Part shown: positions 12,485 through 24,785 of the stretch, piece after piece
How the letters are laid out: each line of letters starts with the position of its first letter
Position numbering within the stretch: the first letter of the stretch is position 1
Assembly: GCF_009914755.1 (NCBI RefSeq)
Contig: NC_060936.1
DNA from: the human T2T-CHM13v2.0 reference genome, Homo sapiens
Length of the DNA: 64,000 nt
Reading direction: 5' to 3' (one strand)
The notes under the pieces: generated by a model
Database searches by the model: none
What the model saw: only the letters and a program-made list of their open reading frames with translations
What the model was told of the DNA's origin: nothing
Made by a program: the position numbers and the translations under genes

Positions 12485-14249
12485 TAGCTAAAACCTATAC
12501 CACAGAATCCCAACATGATCTCAACAATAGCTTTTATAAGACTCCATCAAAAATTTAAAAAGCCATATTTGATGCCTGCATCATTCTTATGGAAAATATG
12601 AAGGGTATATCTGTGATTGAATAATAGAACCAATTTGAATTGACAGGAGTTTAAAGTAAACTTGGAGAATAAGAGGAGAGATAATGCACACTAAGAAAAA
12701 TGAATTTCCACAGAAAGAAACATACTTTCCATCAGTGTTCATAAACTATACTTTAAACTGAAAAATGTCAGTCTCAAATTCTTTAGCATAAGACTCACTA
12801 GCATTAATAATATGAAAAGAGCAATGAAAGCATAGAGATTTCCATAGAAATATCAAATTTTCCTGCATCATGTTGATTTATTGAAATGCTTAACAATGGA
12901 CATGTAAAATATACTCTTGCCACAGGCTATTCCCTAAAGGGAATTACTGAGCGATCAAGGTTATTCATTTTAAGTGAATTTGACAATAATAAACTGTTTA
13001 GTAGTTTTATGGTTAACATAGACAATGATTTCCAGAGAATTTTTGGACACCCATCTAACAGGCATAGCCAATTTTTTGAGAAGTCTAAATAATGTTCAAC
13101 TCCTTCAGTACCTGATGCCAGTGAATCTATTATTTTTCAGTTTAAAGCTTTTGTTGTATCTGCTTTTCATTTAAGCTCAGGAGAAAACATTTTGTTTTTG
13201 GAATTGTTTCTTGGAAAAGGGCGTAAGCTGTTCCCTGGCCCATTCAGTACATTACCACAATCTAAGGGCTTTATTTCCTTTCCTTGATACAGCACTATAT
13301 ATTGCTGCCTAAAAATACTGACACGCGTGTCCTTGTCAATTGGCAATAAAAGCATCTCATCCTGCAGTGATGAAAGATAGACGTTTGAAAGAAAGCAATC
13401 TAATCTAATTTCACCACTAACACTTAAAGAGGGTCTAAATAAATTTGACAATACATCCAATATACATAGTACATTAACAGGGAGAATACTCAGTATCACA
13501 GGACACATTTTATCCAAGTACTTTTCAAAATGAGAAGTTTATGCCAATGAAAGTAATGAATGCTTTCTTGTATAGAACCAAAGGGAAATCAGGGGTTGAT
13601 GTGAAGGACACTTACTCAAACACTAGTCTGGTTTTGATTATTAATGTGTTGCTCATTCTAAGACAAACAGACATGGCAAAATTCAGAAAGGAAAATAAGG
13701 ACTTACAAATTTGAATCCTGTTTTTCCCAGTTAGTCCAAGAGATTACTCATTACATGGTTTTTAACTATCTTTTTTTGGTATTTCTGGAGTTCTTTATAT
13801 CCTCCTTTCAAATATTTGCTGAATGCATTTTCATATGGTTACCTGGTATACCCAAGGAAACAGACTAGCTCTGAGAGCTAAGCAAGGCTAAGCACAAAAA
13901 ATTTATTGAGTTTCAAATTTCCTGTGTTCCAAGGAGAAGAGATACATGATTCAGCTTTATCACCTATGCATAATACAAAGTCTGTGCCAAGGCCTAACAA
14001 TTGTGAAAAAATATGTGTTAAATACAGTCTATTGAATACTGCTTCATTCTAGTAGTAGTACAAATATCTCACATTATAGGTTTACCAAGTAGTGTAAATA
14101 TCTTACATCACATGTACACCATTTCATTTGATTATCACAAAACTCTTTGAAATAAAAAATCATTCTCCTTATTTTGTAATTGAAGAAATAAGGTTCACAG
14201 CTCCTATAATAACATTTATTCCACCAAGCTATCTCTTTAATAAGAACAG

Positions 14250-14352
14250 CATATAATTATTAAGTGCCTACTATGTCATAGGCACTGTGACAGAGAGCTG
14301 GGAACACAGTGGTGAATAAGAAAATTTCAGACCCTGCCCTCAAGAGTTTTAC
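14250..14352 (-). mobile_element. L2 3' end fragment
   Basis: ttattaagtgcctactatgt...ggcactgtg...gctgggaacacagtggtgaataaga...ccctgccctcaagag. Confidence 0.75.
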
Positions 14353-14479
14353 TAATAATTATTGCTTAATAACTTGCACAGTATGTGGTAATTAAGTTCT
14401 TTGACTAGATAGAAAACTTACCAACTAGACTGAAAAATATAATGCCAGAAAATCATTAATATTAGAGATGTTTCAATAC

Positions 14480-17400
14480 AACTACTTGGAAATGACTAAA
14501 TAGTGAAATTAAGGCAGAAATCAAAAAATTTTTTGAAATAAATGAAAACAGAGACAGAATATACCAAAAACTCTGGGATACAGCAAAGACAATGCTAAGG
14601 AGAAAGTTTATAGCACTAAATGCCAACCCCAAAAAGTTGGAAAGATCTCAAATTGACATTCTAACATCAAACCTAGAACTAGAAAAACAAGAACAAACTA
14701 ACCCCAAAGCTAGCAGAAGGAAAGACATAACTAAAATCAGAGCAGAGCTGAATGAAATCGAGACCCAAAAATCCACACAATCAATGAAACTAAACTTTGG
14801 TTCTTCGAAAGAATAAACAAAATCAATAGACTACCAGATAGATTGACAAAGAAAAAGAGAGAAGATCCAAATAAGCACAATCAGAAATGACAAAGATGAC
14901 ATTACAACCAATCCCACAGAAATACAAAAGCTCCTCAGAGACTCTAATGAACACCTCTATGCACACAAACTAGAAAGTCTAGAGGAAATGAATAAATTCC
15001 TAGAAATACATAATCTCCCAAGATTGAATCAGGAAGAAGTTGAAACCCCAAACAGACTGAAATCGAGTTCCAAAACTGAATAAGCAATAAAAAACCTACC
15101 AATCAAAAAAAAAAAAAAAAGCCCTGGACCAGATAGATACAGCCAAATTCTACCAGACACACAAAGAAAAACTGTTACCAATACTACTGAAACTATTCCC
15201 AGAAACTGAAGATGAGGGATTCCTCCTTAACTCATTCTATGAAGCCAGCATCACCTTGATACTAAAACCTGGCAAAGACACGATGATAAAAGAAAACTAT
15301 AGACCAATATCCTTGATTAACATAGGCCAAAAAAAAATCCTCAATGAAATAATAACAAAATCCAGCAGCACATCAAAAAGTTACCTCACCATGATCAAGT
15401 AGGCTTCATTCTTGGGGTGCAAGGCTGGTTCAACACATGCATATCAATAAATATGATTCACCACATAAACAGAATTAAAAACAAAAACCATATGATCATC
15501 TCAACAGATGCAGAAAAAGCTTTTGGTAAAATCCAACATTGCTTCATGATTTTAAAAAACCCTCAAGAAACTAGGCATTAAAGGAATATACCTTAAAATA
15601 ATAAAAGCTACCTATGACAAACCCACAACAAACATCATTCTGAATAAGTAAAAACTGGCAGCATTTCCTGAAACCTGGAAAAAGACAAGGATGTCTGCTC
15701 TCACCACACCTATTCAGCATAGTACTGGAAGTGCTAGCAAGAGAAACTAGGCAAGAGAAAGAAATAAAAGGCATTTAGATAGGAAAAACAAGAGTCAAAC
15801 TGTCTCTCTTCATTGATAATATGTTTCTATACTTAGAAAACCCTAAAGACTCTGCCAAAAGGCCTCTGGAACTGTTAAACAATTTCAGTAACATTTCAAG
15901 ATACAAAATCAGTGTGCAAAAATCAGTAGCATTTCCATACACCCATAATGTTCAAGTTGAGAGCCAAATCAAGAATGCAATCCCGTTTACAATAGCTTCC
16001 AAAAAAAATAAAATGTGAGGAATACAGGCAAATAAGGAGGTGAAAGATCTCTATAAAGAGAATTATAAAACACTGCTGAAAGTCATCATAGATGACACAA
16101 ACAAATGGAAAAACATTCCATGCCCATGGATGGATTGGAAGAATCAATATTGCTAAAATGGCCATACTGCCAAAAACAATCTACAGATTTCTATCAAGCT
16201 ATCAACATTACTTTTCACAGAACTAGATAAAATTATTCTAAAATTCATATAAACCAAAAAAAGAGCCTGAACAGCCAAAGTAACCCTAAACAAAAAGAAC
16301 AAAGCTGGAGGCATCACATTACCTGACTTAAAATTATATGTAAGGCTACAATAACCAAAACAGCATGGTATTGGTACAAAAACAGACACATAGATCAATG
16401 GAATAGAACAGAAAACACAGAAATAAAGCCACACACCTACAACCAACTGATCTTTGACAAACTCTACAAAAAATAAGCAATGGGAAAGTAACTCTCCATT
16501 CAATAAGTGGTTCTGGGACAGCTGGCTAGTTATATGCAGAAGAATAAAACTGAACTCCTATATTTTGTCATATAATAAAATTCACTCAAGATGGATTACA
16601 GATTTAAATGTAAAACCTCAAACTTTAAGAATTCTAGAAGAAAAGCTATAAAACCCCACTCTGAACATCAGCCTTGGGACATAATTTATGACTAATAAGT
16701 TGCAATTGCAACAAAAATAAAAATTGACAAGTGGGACCTAATTAAACTAAAGAGCTCTACACAGCAAAAGAAATTATCAACAGAGTAAACAGACAACCTA
16801 CAGAAATAGAGAAAATATTCACAAACTATGCATTCAACAAAGACCTAATTTCTAACATCTATAAGGAACTTAAACAAATAACAAGCAAAAAACAAATAAT
16901 CCCATTAAAAATGGGCAAAAGACATGAACAGACACTTCTTAAAAGAACATACACAAGCAGCCAAGAAATATATGAAAAAATGCTCCACATCACTAATTAT
17001 CAGAGAAATGCAAATCAAAATCACAATGAGACACCATTTCACATCAGTCAGAATGGCTAATATTAAAAAGTCATAGAACAACAGATGATTGCAATGCTGT
17101 GGGAAAAAGGGAACACTTATACTCTGTTGGTGGTAAGATAAATTAGTTCAGCCACTGTGGAAAGCAGTCTGAAGATTTCTCAAAGAACTTAAAATGAATC
17201 TACCATTTGGGTCAGCAATCCCATTACTGGTTGTATGTCCGAAAGAAAATAAATTGTTCCACCGAAAAGACACATCCACTCAAATGTTAATCACAGTACT
17301 ATTCACAATAACAAAGACATGAAATCAACCCAGGTACCCATCAACAGTAGACTGAATAAAGAAAATGTGGTACACATACACCATGGAATACTATGGAGCC

Positions 17401-17787
17401 GTAAAAAGAATGAAATCCTGTCCTTTGAAGCAACATGGATGCAGCTGGAGGCCATTATCCTAAGAGCAAATTAATGCAGGAAAATAATTTCTATGCAGTG
17501 AATTAACCCAGGAACAGAAAATCAAATACCATATGTTCTCACTTATAAGTGGGAGCTAAACAGCGGATTCTCGGGCATAAAGTTGGGAAGAATAGACACT
17601 GAGGACTACTAGAGCGGGAAGAGAAGGAGGAGGGCAAGGGGTGAAAAGCTATTGGATACTATGCTCAGTACCTGAGTGACAGATACAATTGTACCCCAAA
17701 CCTCAGCATCATGCAATATACCCAGGTAACAAACCTGCACATAATACCCCCCGGATCTAAAATAAAATTTGAAATTGTTTTTTAAAA
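14480..17787 (+). mobile_element. 5'-truncated L1PA16/L1PB-type element: decayed ORF2 including RT region, plus 3' UTR
   Basis: ORF2 fragments (KFIALNA...KLERSQID; [10 protein letters not shown]); 3' end cctcagcatcatgcaatatacccaggtaacaaacctgcac. Confidence 0.95.
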
Positions 17788-18148
17788 AGGATTACAGAGG
17801 TTTATTTGTAAGTATAATTTCAAATGTATTTATAAGATTTGATTAATAATATGGCCCCATACAAACTAACACATTTTTACAAGACTCAGGGTCTTTAAAG
17901 AAAGTCTGAAGCATAACCAATGTCATAGAGCACTATTAAAGCTGCATATGACACTTTTAAGAGATTCACTATGCATACTAGAATGGCTGCAAGAAGACGT
18001 AGATCGAGAAACTTGCTCAACTGTTTCCAAAACTTCTTACAGAATGGAAAGCTTTATTCAATATAACACTTATTAACTCTGAGAAATGCTAGTTAAGAAG
18101 ACAGGTTTTAGAATTAGAAAGACAAAGCTTGAATCTCAATTCTGCCAG

Positions 18149-18570
18149 TGTATTAGTTAAAGTAACATAATCTATTTGCAACACATTAATCCCAAAATTT
18201 CAGTGGCTTAACACAGTGTAAGTTTATCTCTCACTCATGTAAAGTCAATCAGTAGACTAAAGAAAGTGGAAAAGAAAAGGCAGCTCTGTTCCACACAGTC
18301 ATTCATAAATCACATTGCAGAAGTCCAGCCATCTTCAACGTGTGGTTCCCAGGATTGTCCTGGAAGTTGGTATCCAGCTGGCAGACTGAGAAAAAGAAAG
18401 AGTGGAGAAAAGCAATAATTTTTATGGGTCCAGTTATCCATTCATATTCCATTGTCAGAACTCGTTCTCATGCCAAACCTAACTTCAGGGGAAGTTGGAG
18501 AATGTAGACCAACTGTGACTAGCATAAAATAAAAACTGATTTTCTCAGTAATTAGCCATTGTATGTCACA
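18149..18570 (-). mobile_element. MLT1K-like MaLR LTR
   Basis: tgtattagtt...cagtggcttaacaca...tcatattccattgtcagaact...tgtcaca. Confidence 0.75.
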
Positions 18571-18641
18571 ACTAGTGTCTAGATGAGTAACACAGAAGAA
18601 ATTATTTAACCTCCTCAGTTGCCTTTCTGAAATACAGATAT

Positions 18642-19218
18642 GATATTTCATTGGATTCAAATCACTATCATTTTTTTCTTCAACTTTTATTTTAAGTTCT
18701 GGGGTACATGTATGTGCAGGATGTGCAAGTTTGTTTCATAGGTAAACGTGTGTCATGGTGGTTTGCTGCACAGATCAACCATCACCTAGGTATTAAGTCC
18801 AGTATCCATTAGCCATTCTTCCTGATGCTCTCCCTCTCCCCACCCCACCAAGAGGCCCCAGTGTATGTTGCTCCCCCACCCATGTGTCCATGTGTTTTCA
18901 TCGTTGAGCTCCCATTTATAAATGAGAATATTCAGTATTCGGTTCTCTGTTTTTGCGTTAGTCTGCTGAGGGTAATGGCTTCCAACTCCATCCATAACCC
19001 CGCAAAGAACATGATCTCGTGCTTTTTTATGGCTGCATAATATTCCATGGCAAATCACCACCATGTTTAAGCTGCACTACTACTTTATGTGCCACTAAGA
19101 AGGAAAGTCATGCTGCCAATTAAACTAGACACATATCAATTTCAAGAGACATCCCGACTTAGTGATGTTAAAGTATGTGGAAGAAGGGAATATGTGACAG
19201 GTTTTATGCAATATGGTA
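18642..19218 (-). mobile_element. MER104-like Tc2 DNA element split by an L1 insertion
   Basis: tgtgccactaagaagg...tgctgccaattaaacta...catcccgac...gatgttaaa; TIR-like ends tatttcat / atgcaatatgg. Confidence 0.7.
18672..19050 (-). mobile_element. Short L1PA 3' end
   Basis: ttttaagttctggggtacatg...gtcatggtggtttgctgcacagatc; TSD caaatcactatcat (18658) / caaatcaccaccat (19051). Confidence 0.93.
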
Positions 19219-19654
19219 ATAATAGCTGTCCCCTTGGATTACTGGAGGACTAAATAATAAGTCATGTTGCAGGATCACCACACGATCTAACTTATCAGCC
19301 AACTAAAAATATAATGACACACCAATCAAAACCATACAAAACCTATACAAAAACAAAGCTTGGTTTGGAAATACAGAGCAGGTATTGAGACATTCTCATA
19401 ACTGGCAAGTAGAATCAAGACAGGTCAAACCCTGAATGCCACCTACCCCCTTTCCTATCATTTCTGTAACATCACTCCCTCTGGAACCACCAGGACTTGG
19501 AGAGCAGAAAGGAAATGGCTGACTATAGTAGACATCAGTTCTCCTTCTTAATGTTTGCTTCACCGATGTTCCCTGGTATTGACATGGATCTTCCAATGAC
19601 CTATTTGAATGGTGACAAGCACCTCTGCTTGATTATGCCATATTTATACTTAGA

Positions 19655-19885
19655 GACAGAGCAAAGCAATGATCAAGAGAGGTTGCCTCTCAAATCAAAT
19701 TACCTGGATTTGAATGATTGGACCTCCAGATTACCTAACTTACCTAAGTCTCTCATCCATAAGATGAGAATAATGATAGTGCCCCTCCCTAGGTGCTGTT
19801 GTAAGGGTTAAAAGAAAAACTATATGAAGTCCTTAGCACCACACATGATTTACAGTAAGTGCTTAATAAGCATAGCAATTATTAG
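19655..19885 (+). mobile_element. MIR
   Basis: ctcatccataagatgagaataatgatagtg...gttgtaagggttaaa...gtaagtgcttaataa. Confidence 0.8.
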
Positions 19886-20157
19886 GACCAACGCCTCCTG
19901 CCCTACCTGCCTGTGGCTTTAGGTTCCATGATTGTAAGCCACTGCCCAGCAGGAACCACACAGACTTACCAGGAGCCACAGAAAATTGAATCTCCTCCAC
20001 ATCCTTCCCTGTTTTTTCTCCTTAAACACTGCTCTTCCCCCTAAGTGCTACTGTTTCTCAGTAGTACTGGATCCACCATTACTAGGAAAGAGATCCTCTG
20101 TTTCTGCATTTTTGTCTCACTGGCATCTTAAAACTCATGACAATATTGTCTCCTTAG

Positions 20158-20448
<291 letters not shown>

Positions 20449-22524
20449 GAAAATAACCATTAAGTAAAAATAATGAAAAATAAGAAAAATATCCCAGAGA
20501 TGGTGGATCAGGCACTAGAATATTTGTTTTTGTTTATTTTTCTGTTTCCCATTTTAAAATCATTACTGACATCATTTATAAACCAAGGAGATACAGATAA
20601 ACATAGAAATATAGAGATAGACATAGATATATAGATATGGACACATAGATATAGATAATGTTATGCAAGGTTCTAAGTAGTCATTCAACTTAAAAATACT
20701 ATAACCATGGATTTACATGTACTTTCCATATGCATAAAGCAGTAACTGTCTAGTGATCAGTGGATGGAATTTAGCAGAAACACATGGGAATGTATTTCTA
20801 CTACTGACCAATGTCAACAGATGCATCATTTCACAGGATATGAAAAGGTTAGCAAAACCAGGTCTGAGTTTCCTGGGAAAACAAATTCTGTCCTATAATC
20901 ACTGAGGATATGAATTAGAAGTTTACTAATTAGTTTATTGGTGCTTTCCTTAGTAATTAACCTCTAAATGAACCAGCCTACCTATGAATCCATTGAAGGT
21001 GCAAATCCTGCTTCAGGTAAAGGGAAATACCACCTGAAGGCAGGAGATCATTACTAATTTATATTCATTTTAATGGGCTAGCATTTAGTCTCATCTGGCA
21101 CAACCAACATAATGCTGCAAATAGGCAGTTACATCCCCAAATGAGCTATCTGGATATCTTTTCTCCATAGAGCACATTCACAAAATACTTCACTACTAGT
21201 GAACCTACCACCAAAAAAGTATTTCTTTAAAACAGAGTACTGTTCTATTACAAACATTCTATCTCAATTTTTCTGATGATTAAAGGGGATTTTAATTATA
21301 CAATCAATGGGAAAATAGATAGAAACCATCTGGACATTCCTCTGTTTTCTGCCAAAGAATTTTCTTTTGTTTTACATATCAATGACTTAAGCTAACAACG
21401 GAATTTCAGTGCCAGTCATTTGTCCTTGGCAGAGCTGGATCTTTTTTATGTTATGAAAGATCTTTTAAATTTACTGATTAAGAGTCAAATTATCCCACAT
21501 GGCCAGATAATTAACCTCAACATTTTCCTACACATAAAACTAAGAACAAAGAGTATTTTTTAATTACTTGATCTTTAAAGCATACAAACTTTGAATCTTT
21601 TTGTGCTTTAATGTTTTTACTAATCAGGGTGGTCAAAACTCAAAAACACTTTCTCTTTTTTAGGCACTGATGGAAAATGCTTAACCAATAAGGTACTGAA
21701 AAAATACTATTGGTTTGCAACAAAATAAAAGAATGGAGAAGAAGATGGCACTTTTTAAAAACCAAGAAAGCCTTCTAGAAGTTATATTGCTATAATATTA
21801 GGAGGCCAGTCTGTATGAATTAAACCTTTGGAAACTTTAGTAGAGAAGGATCCATGAGAATGACTGTCCACGAGTAAAGCTCAGAGTGTGCGGAGCAAGG
21901 GTGAACTACCTAAGAAAGCAAAATCAAATATTAAGACAAATACTGAGGGTCAGAAACAAATCTTCACTTCTACCATTTGTCCTAGAATGGAAGGAAAGAG
22001 TGGTATATTAGTCATGTACTTTGCCCAGTGCTTTACCACATTTCTCTGTTGAACATCATGACTTTGACTTTGAGCGGTGAATTTTGTTTCTTAAATGCAT
22101 ACTTTTTAAGGAAATATAAAACATAGGAAAATCACCTTCTGTGAAGGCAAGGAAGCAATATGATTTTTTCAACATTCTTTAGAGGTATCCTTATAATAGC
22201 AAGATTTGTCAATGTGACAGATTACCATAGAAAATCAGTAGCTTCCAGGATGTGGAAATTTAGTGGCTGAAAAAAAACTAATGAATTACATTACTATTTA
22301 CAATAGGGGAAAAAGTGACTCATATGGAAATTTGATTCACAGTAATATATTTTAGAGATGATATGTGGGACTGACACACAAAAATTTTTCAGAAATGTCT
22401 TAAAGATTTCAGTGGAAGTAAGGAAAGAACTGGAAATTGGTTTAAATTCATTAAACTGCCAACAACTCTGTAGGATACAGAGAAAGAATTCGACCAAGAA
22501 ACATTTTCCTCTTTTGGCACTTTT

Positions 22525-22749
22525 AAAAGAAAAGAAGAAGACAAAGAAGGAGGAAGAGGAGGAAGAGGAAGGAGGAAAGAAAAGAAGAGGAAGAAGAAGG
22601 AGGAGGAGGAGGAGGAGGAGGAGGAGAAGAAGAAGAAGAAGAAGAGGAAGAGGAAGAGGAAGAGGAAGAAGAAGAAGAAGAAGAAGAAGAAGAAGAAGAA
22701 GAAGAAGAAGAAGAAGAAGAAGAAGAAGAAGAAGAAGAAGAAGAAGAAA
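22525..22749. repeat. Compound (GGA)n/(GAGGAA)n/(GAA)28 polypurine microsatellite
   Basis: Purine-only except one C; uninterrupted GAA at 22665-22748. Confidence 0.98.
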
Positions 22750-23339
22750 TGTCATCAATTTGGGCTGGGAACTATTGTCAAAACTCACAGGGGAAAAAAA
22801 ATCCAACAGGGAAGATACTTGTTATCTGTTACTAAGTTGACATCACTTTGTTATCCTCATTAAAACAAAAAACAAAAAATCTCTTCCCAATTTACTGTAA
22901 TCAAATGAGCCTCTTTGATTGTGTTCTTGCTTTTAAGAATTACCAAGTCACTAGAAAATGTTGAGGGGATAGAACTTGATGACCCATTATGTGGAGTCCT
23001 GAAAAACTGATCCCCATCTGAAGATATGTTTTTATTATATTGTAAGGATTTTTAATAAAGAGTTTCAAAATGAAATTAGCAAGCTGCCTATGAACATGAC
23101 AGAATTATTTTGTCTTCACCTTTATATTTATAGATCCTTGATGATTGCCAGATTTTAAGTTGTGTAACTCCCTGCAAATTAAACACAATATATTAAAGGG
23201 ATAATATAGATATTTTAAAATAAAATAAACACATTTCCAAAAAGCTGTGTAGCATAGCATATTTTAGAGATATCTACTGAAGGAATACTAGAAATAGCAA
23301 CATTAGAAACTATAAGAAGAATAGATTTGGTGGAGGCAG

Positions 23340-23545
23340 TGAAGAGATGTAAGCATATGTGCAGGGGTACATAAACTGCTTTGCCTTCCACACCTGGTCC
23401 TGGACCTTGTCAGTTTGGGCAAGTTACTCTATAAACTTCACTTTCCTCCTATTTCTTAGAACTGTTTTAAGGGTTAAATAAGATTATGTATGTGACATAC
23501 CTACCACAGTGCCAGGTACACAATAAACCCTCAGCAAATGTGAAT
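23340..23545 (+). mobile_element. MIR
   Basis: ttgggcaagttact...gttttaagggttaaataagattatgtatgtga...cacagtgccagg. Confidence 0.75.
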
Positions 23546-23659
23546 CCTCAGTCCCCTATATTGAAGGACTGGGGTAGGAGAAGGAAGAAACAAAAGGAAG
23601 AGACAGTTAAGGATGCAAATGGATAATCTTAGCTAGCTATATCTAGGACAATAAAGATT

Positions 23660-24032
23660 TGGAGGATGCTGAGTTGTGCTGTCCAGAGCTCCACTTCACT
23701 CCCGCAGACACCAAGGGTGTTGCCTGCTAACAGCTCACAGCTGAATCTCTTTCAGGGAATGGTCCTTGGCAAAATGAGGGTGTCTCTATCAAACTCGTGT
23801 CCCTTCCCCAGAGACAGCTGCAATTCAGGACACTTCTGAAATGCAAATTCCAGCCTCGGAATGACCTGTGGGATCAACTGAGACTTATATTGCAAATGCA
23901 TCCCAGGTCATCTTCTCCCACCATCCACCCCACTTCCCTCGTCCTTTATAGGTGTTCCTGAGAGCACTCCCCAGTAAATGTGCTGCACCGTAATTCCCAT
24001 CTCACAGTCTGTTTCCCTGGACAAAAGATAAT
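23660..24032 (+). mobile_element. LTR16-family (ERVL) solo LTR
   Basis: gctaacagctcacagctga...gagagcactccccagtaaa...catctcacagtctgtttcc. Confidence 0.75.
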
Positions 24033-24574
24033 ACTGGGGGCAGAAGTGGGGAAGGAATTAATTTAACTGTGAGAAGCGGGGTTTTTTCTAGTTTACATGT
24101 AATTAGTATTATAATTATACTAGGCTGTTTGGATAGTTTTTCTTTTCAGAGATTATTTGACAGATTAAAAAAAACTGAGTGATTTGCCTAATGTCACAGA
24201 GCCAACAATTGCAAAGCTGAGATTTCAGCCGAAGGCTATTGAACCTGGGCTTCTTCCACTACATTATACTGTCTCCCAACCACATCACTTTAAAGCAGAG
24301 ACATGTCAAACGCAGTAGGAAGAAGGGTAAAAGGCACAGTGGCTCTGGCTGACTTCCCAATCACCCATTTCAACTTTGGTTAATATGGCTCAGCCTCCAC
24401 TTTCACTTTCTTGGGGCCTGAAGTTTTGAGTTCTTCTTCAAGGCTGTTTCTCAATCTCATAATCTCAAGTATTTTAGCAACTGGATATTCTTTATCTGTG
24501 TTTCCTTCTTTTTGTCTAAACATCCTATTTTAAAGGAAGGCAATATTTTATAATTAAATAAATAAATAAATAAA

Positions 24575-24785
24575 AGGGCATGGACCTTAGAGGTCTAAAG
24601 ACTGAATTTTAATCCCAACCCTGCAATTTACTTGCCCTGTGGTCTCAGACAAATTGTTTATCCTCTTGCAATTATTCATCTCTGAGGTGGAGTAACAATA
24701 GCCATCTCATGTGGTTGTTGTGAGGTTCACATGAAATAACCTACTTATGAAGCACATAACACAATAAGTATTCCATCATGCTCAA
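24575..24785 (+). mobile_element. MIR
   Basis: aatcccaaccctgc...ttcatct...gtggttgttgtgaggttcacatga. Confidence 0.7.

Noticed and set aside
13167-13517. 116-aa minus-strand ORF in unique DNA
   Set aside because: Non-ATG start, no recognisable domain, no convincing splice boundaries
22665-22748. Identity with the FXN or FGF14 GAA disease loci
   Set aside because: Not inside an Alu (unlike FXN); compound GGA structure and flanks I do not recognise as FGF14; needs BLAT for locus identity
22294-22840. 160-170 aa poly-Leu and poly-Arg ORFs
   Set aside because: Translations of the stop-free GAA/GGA microsatellite
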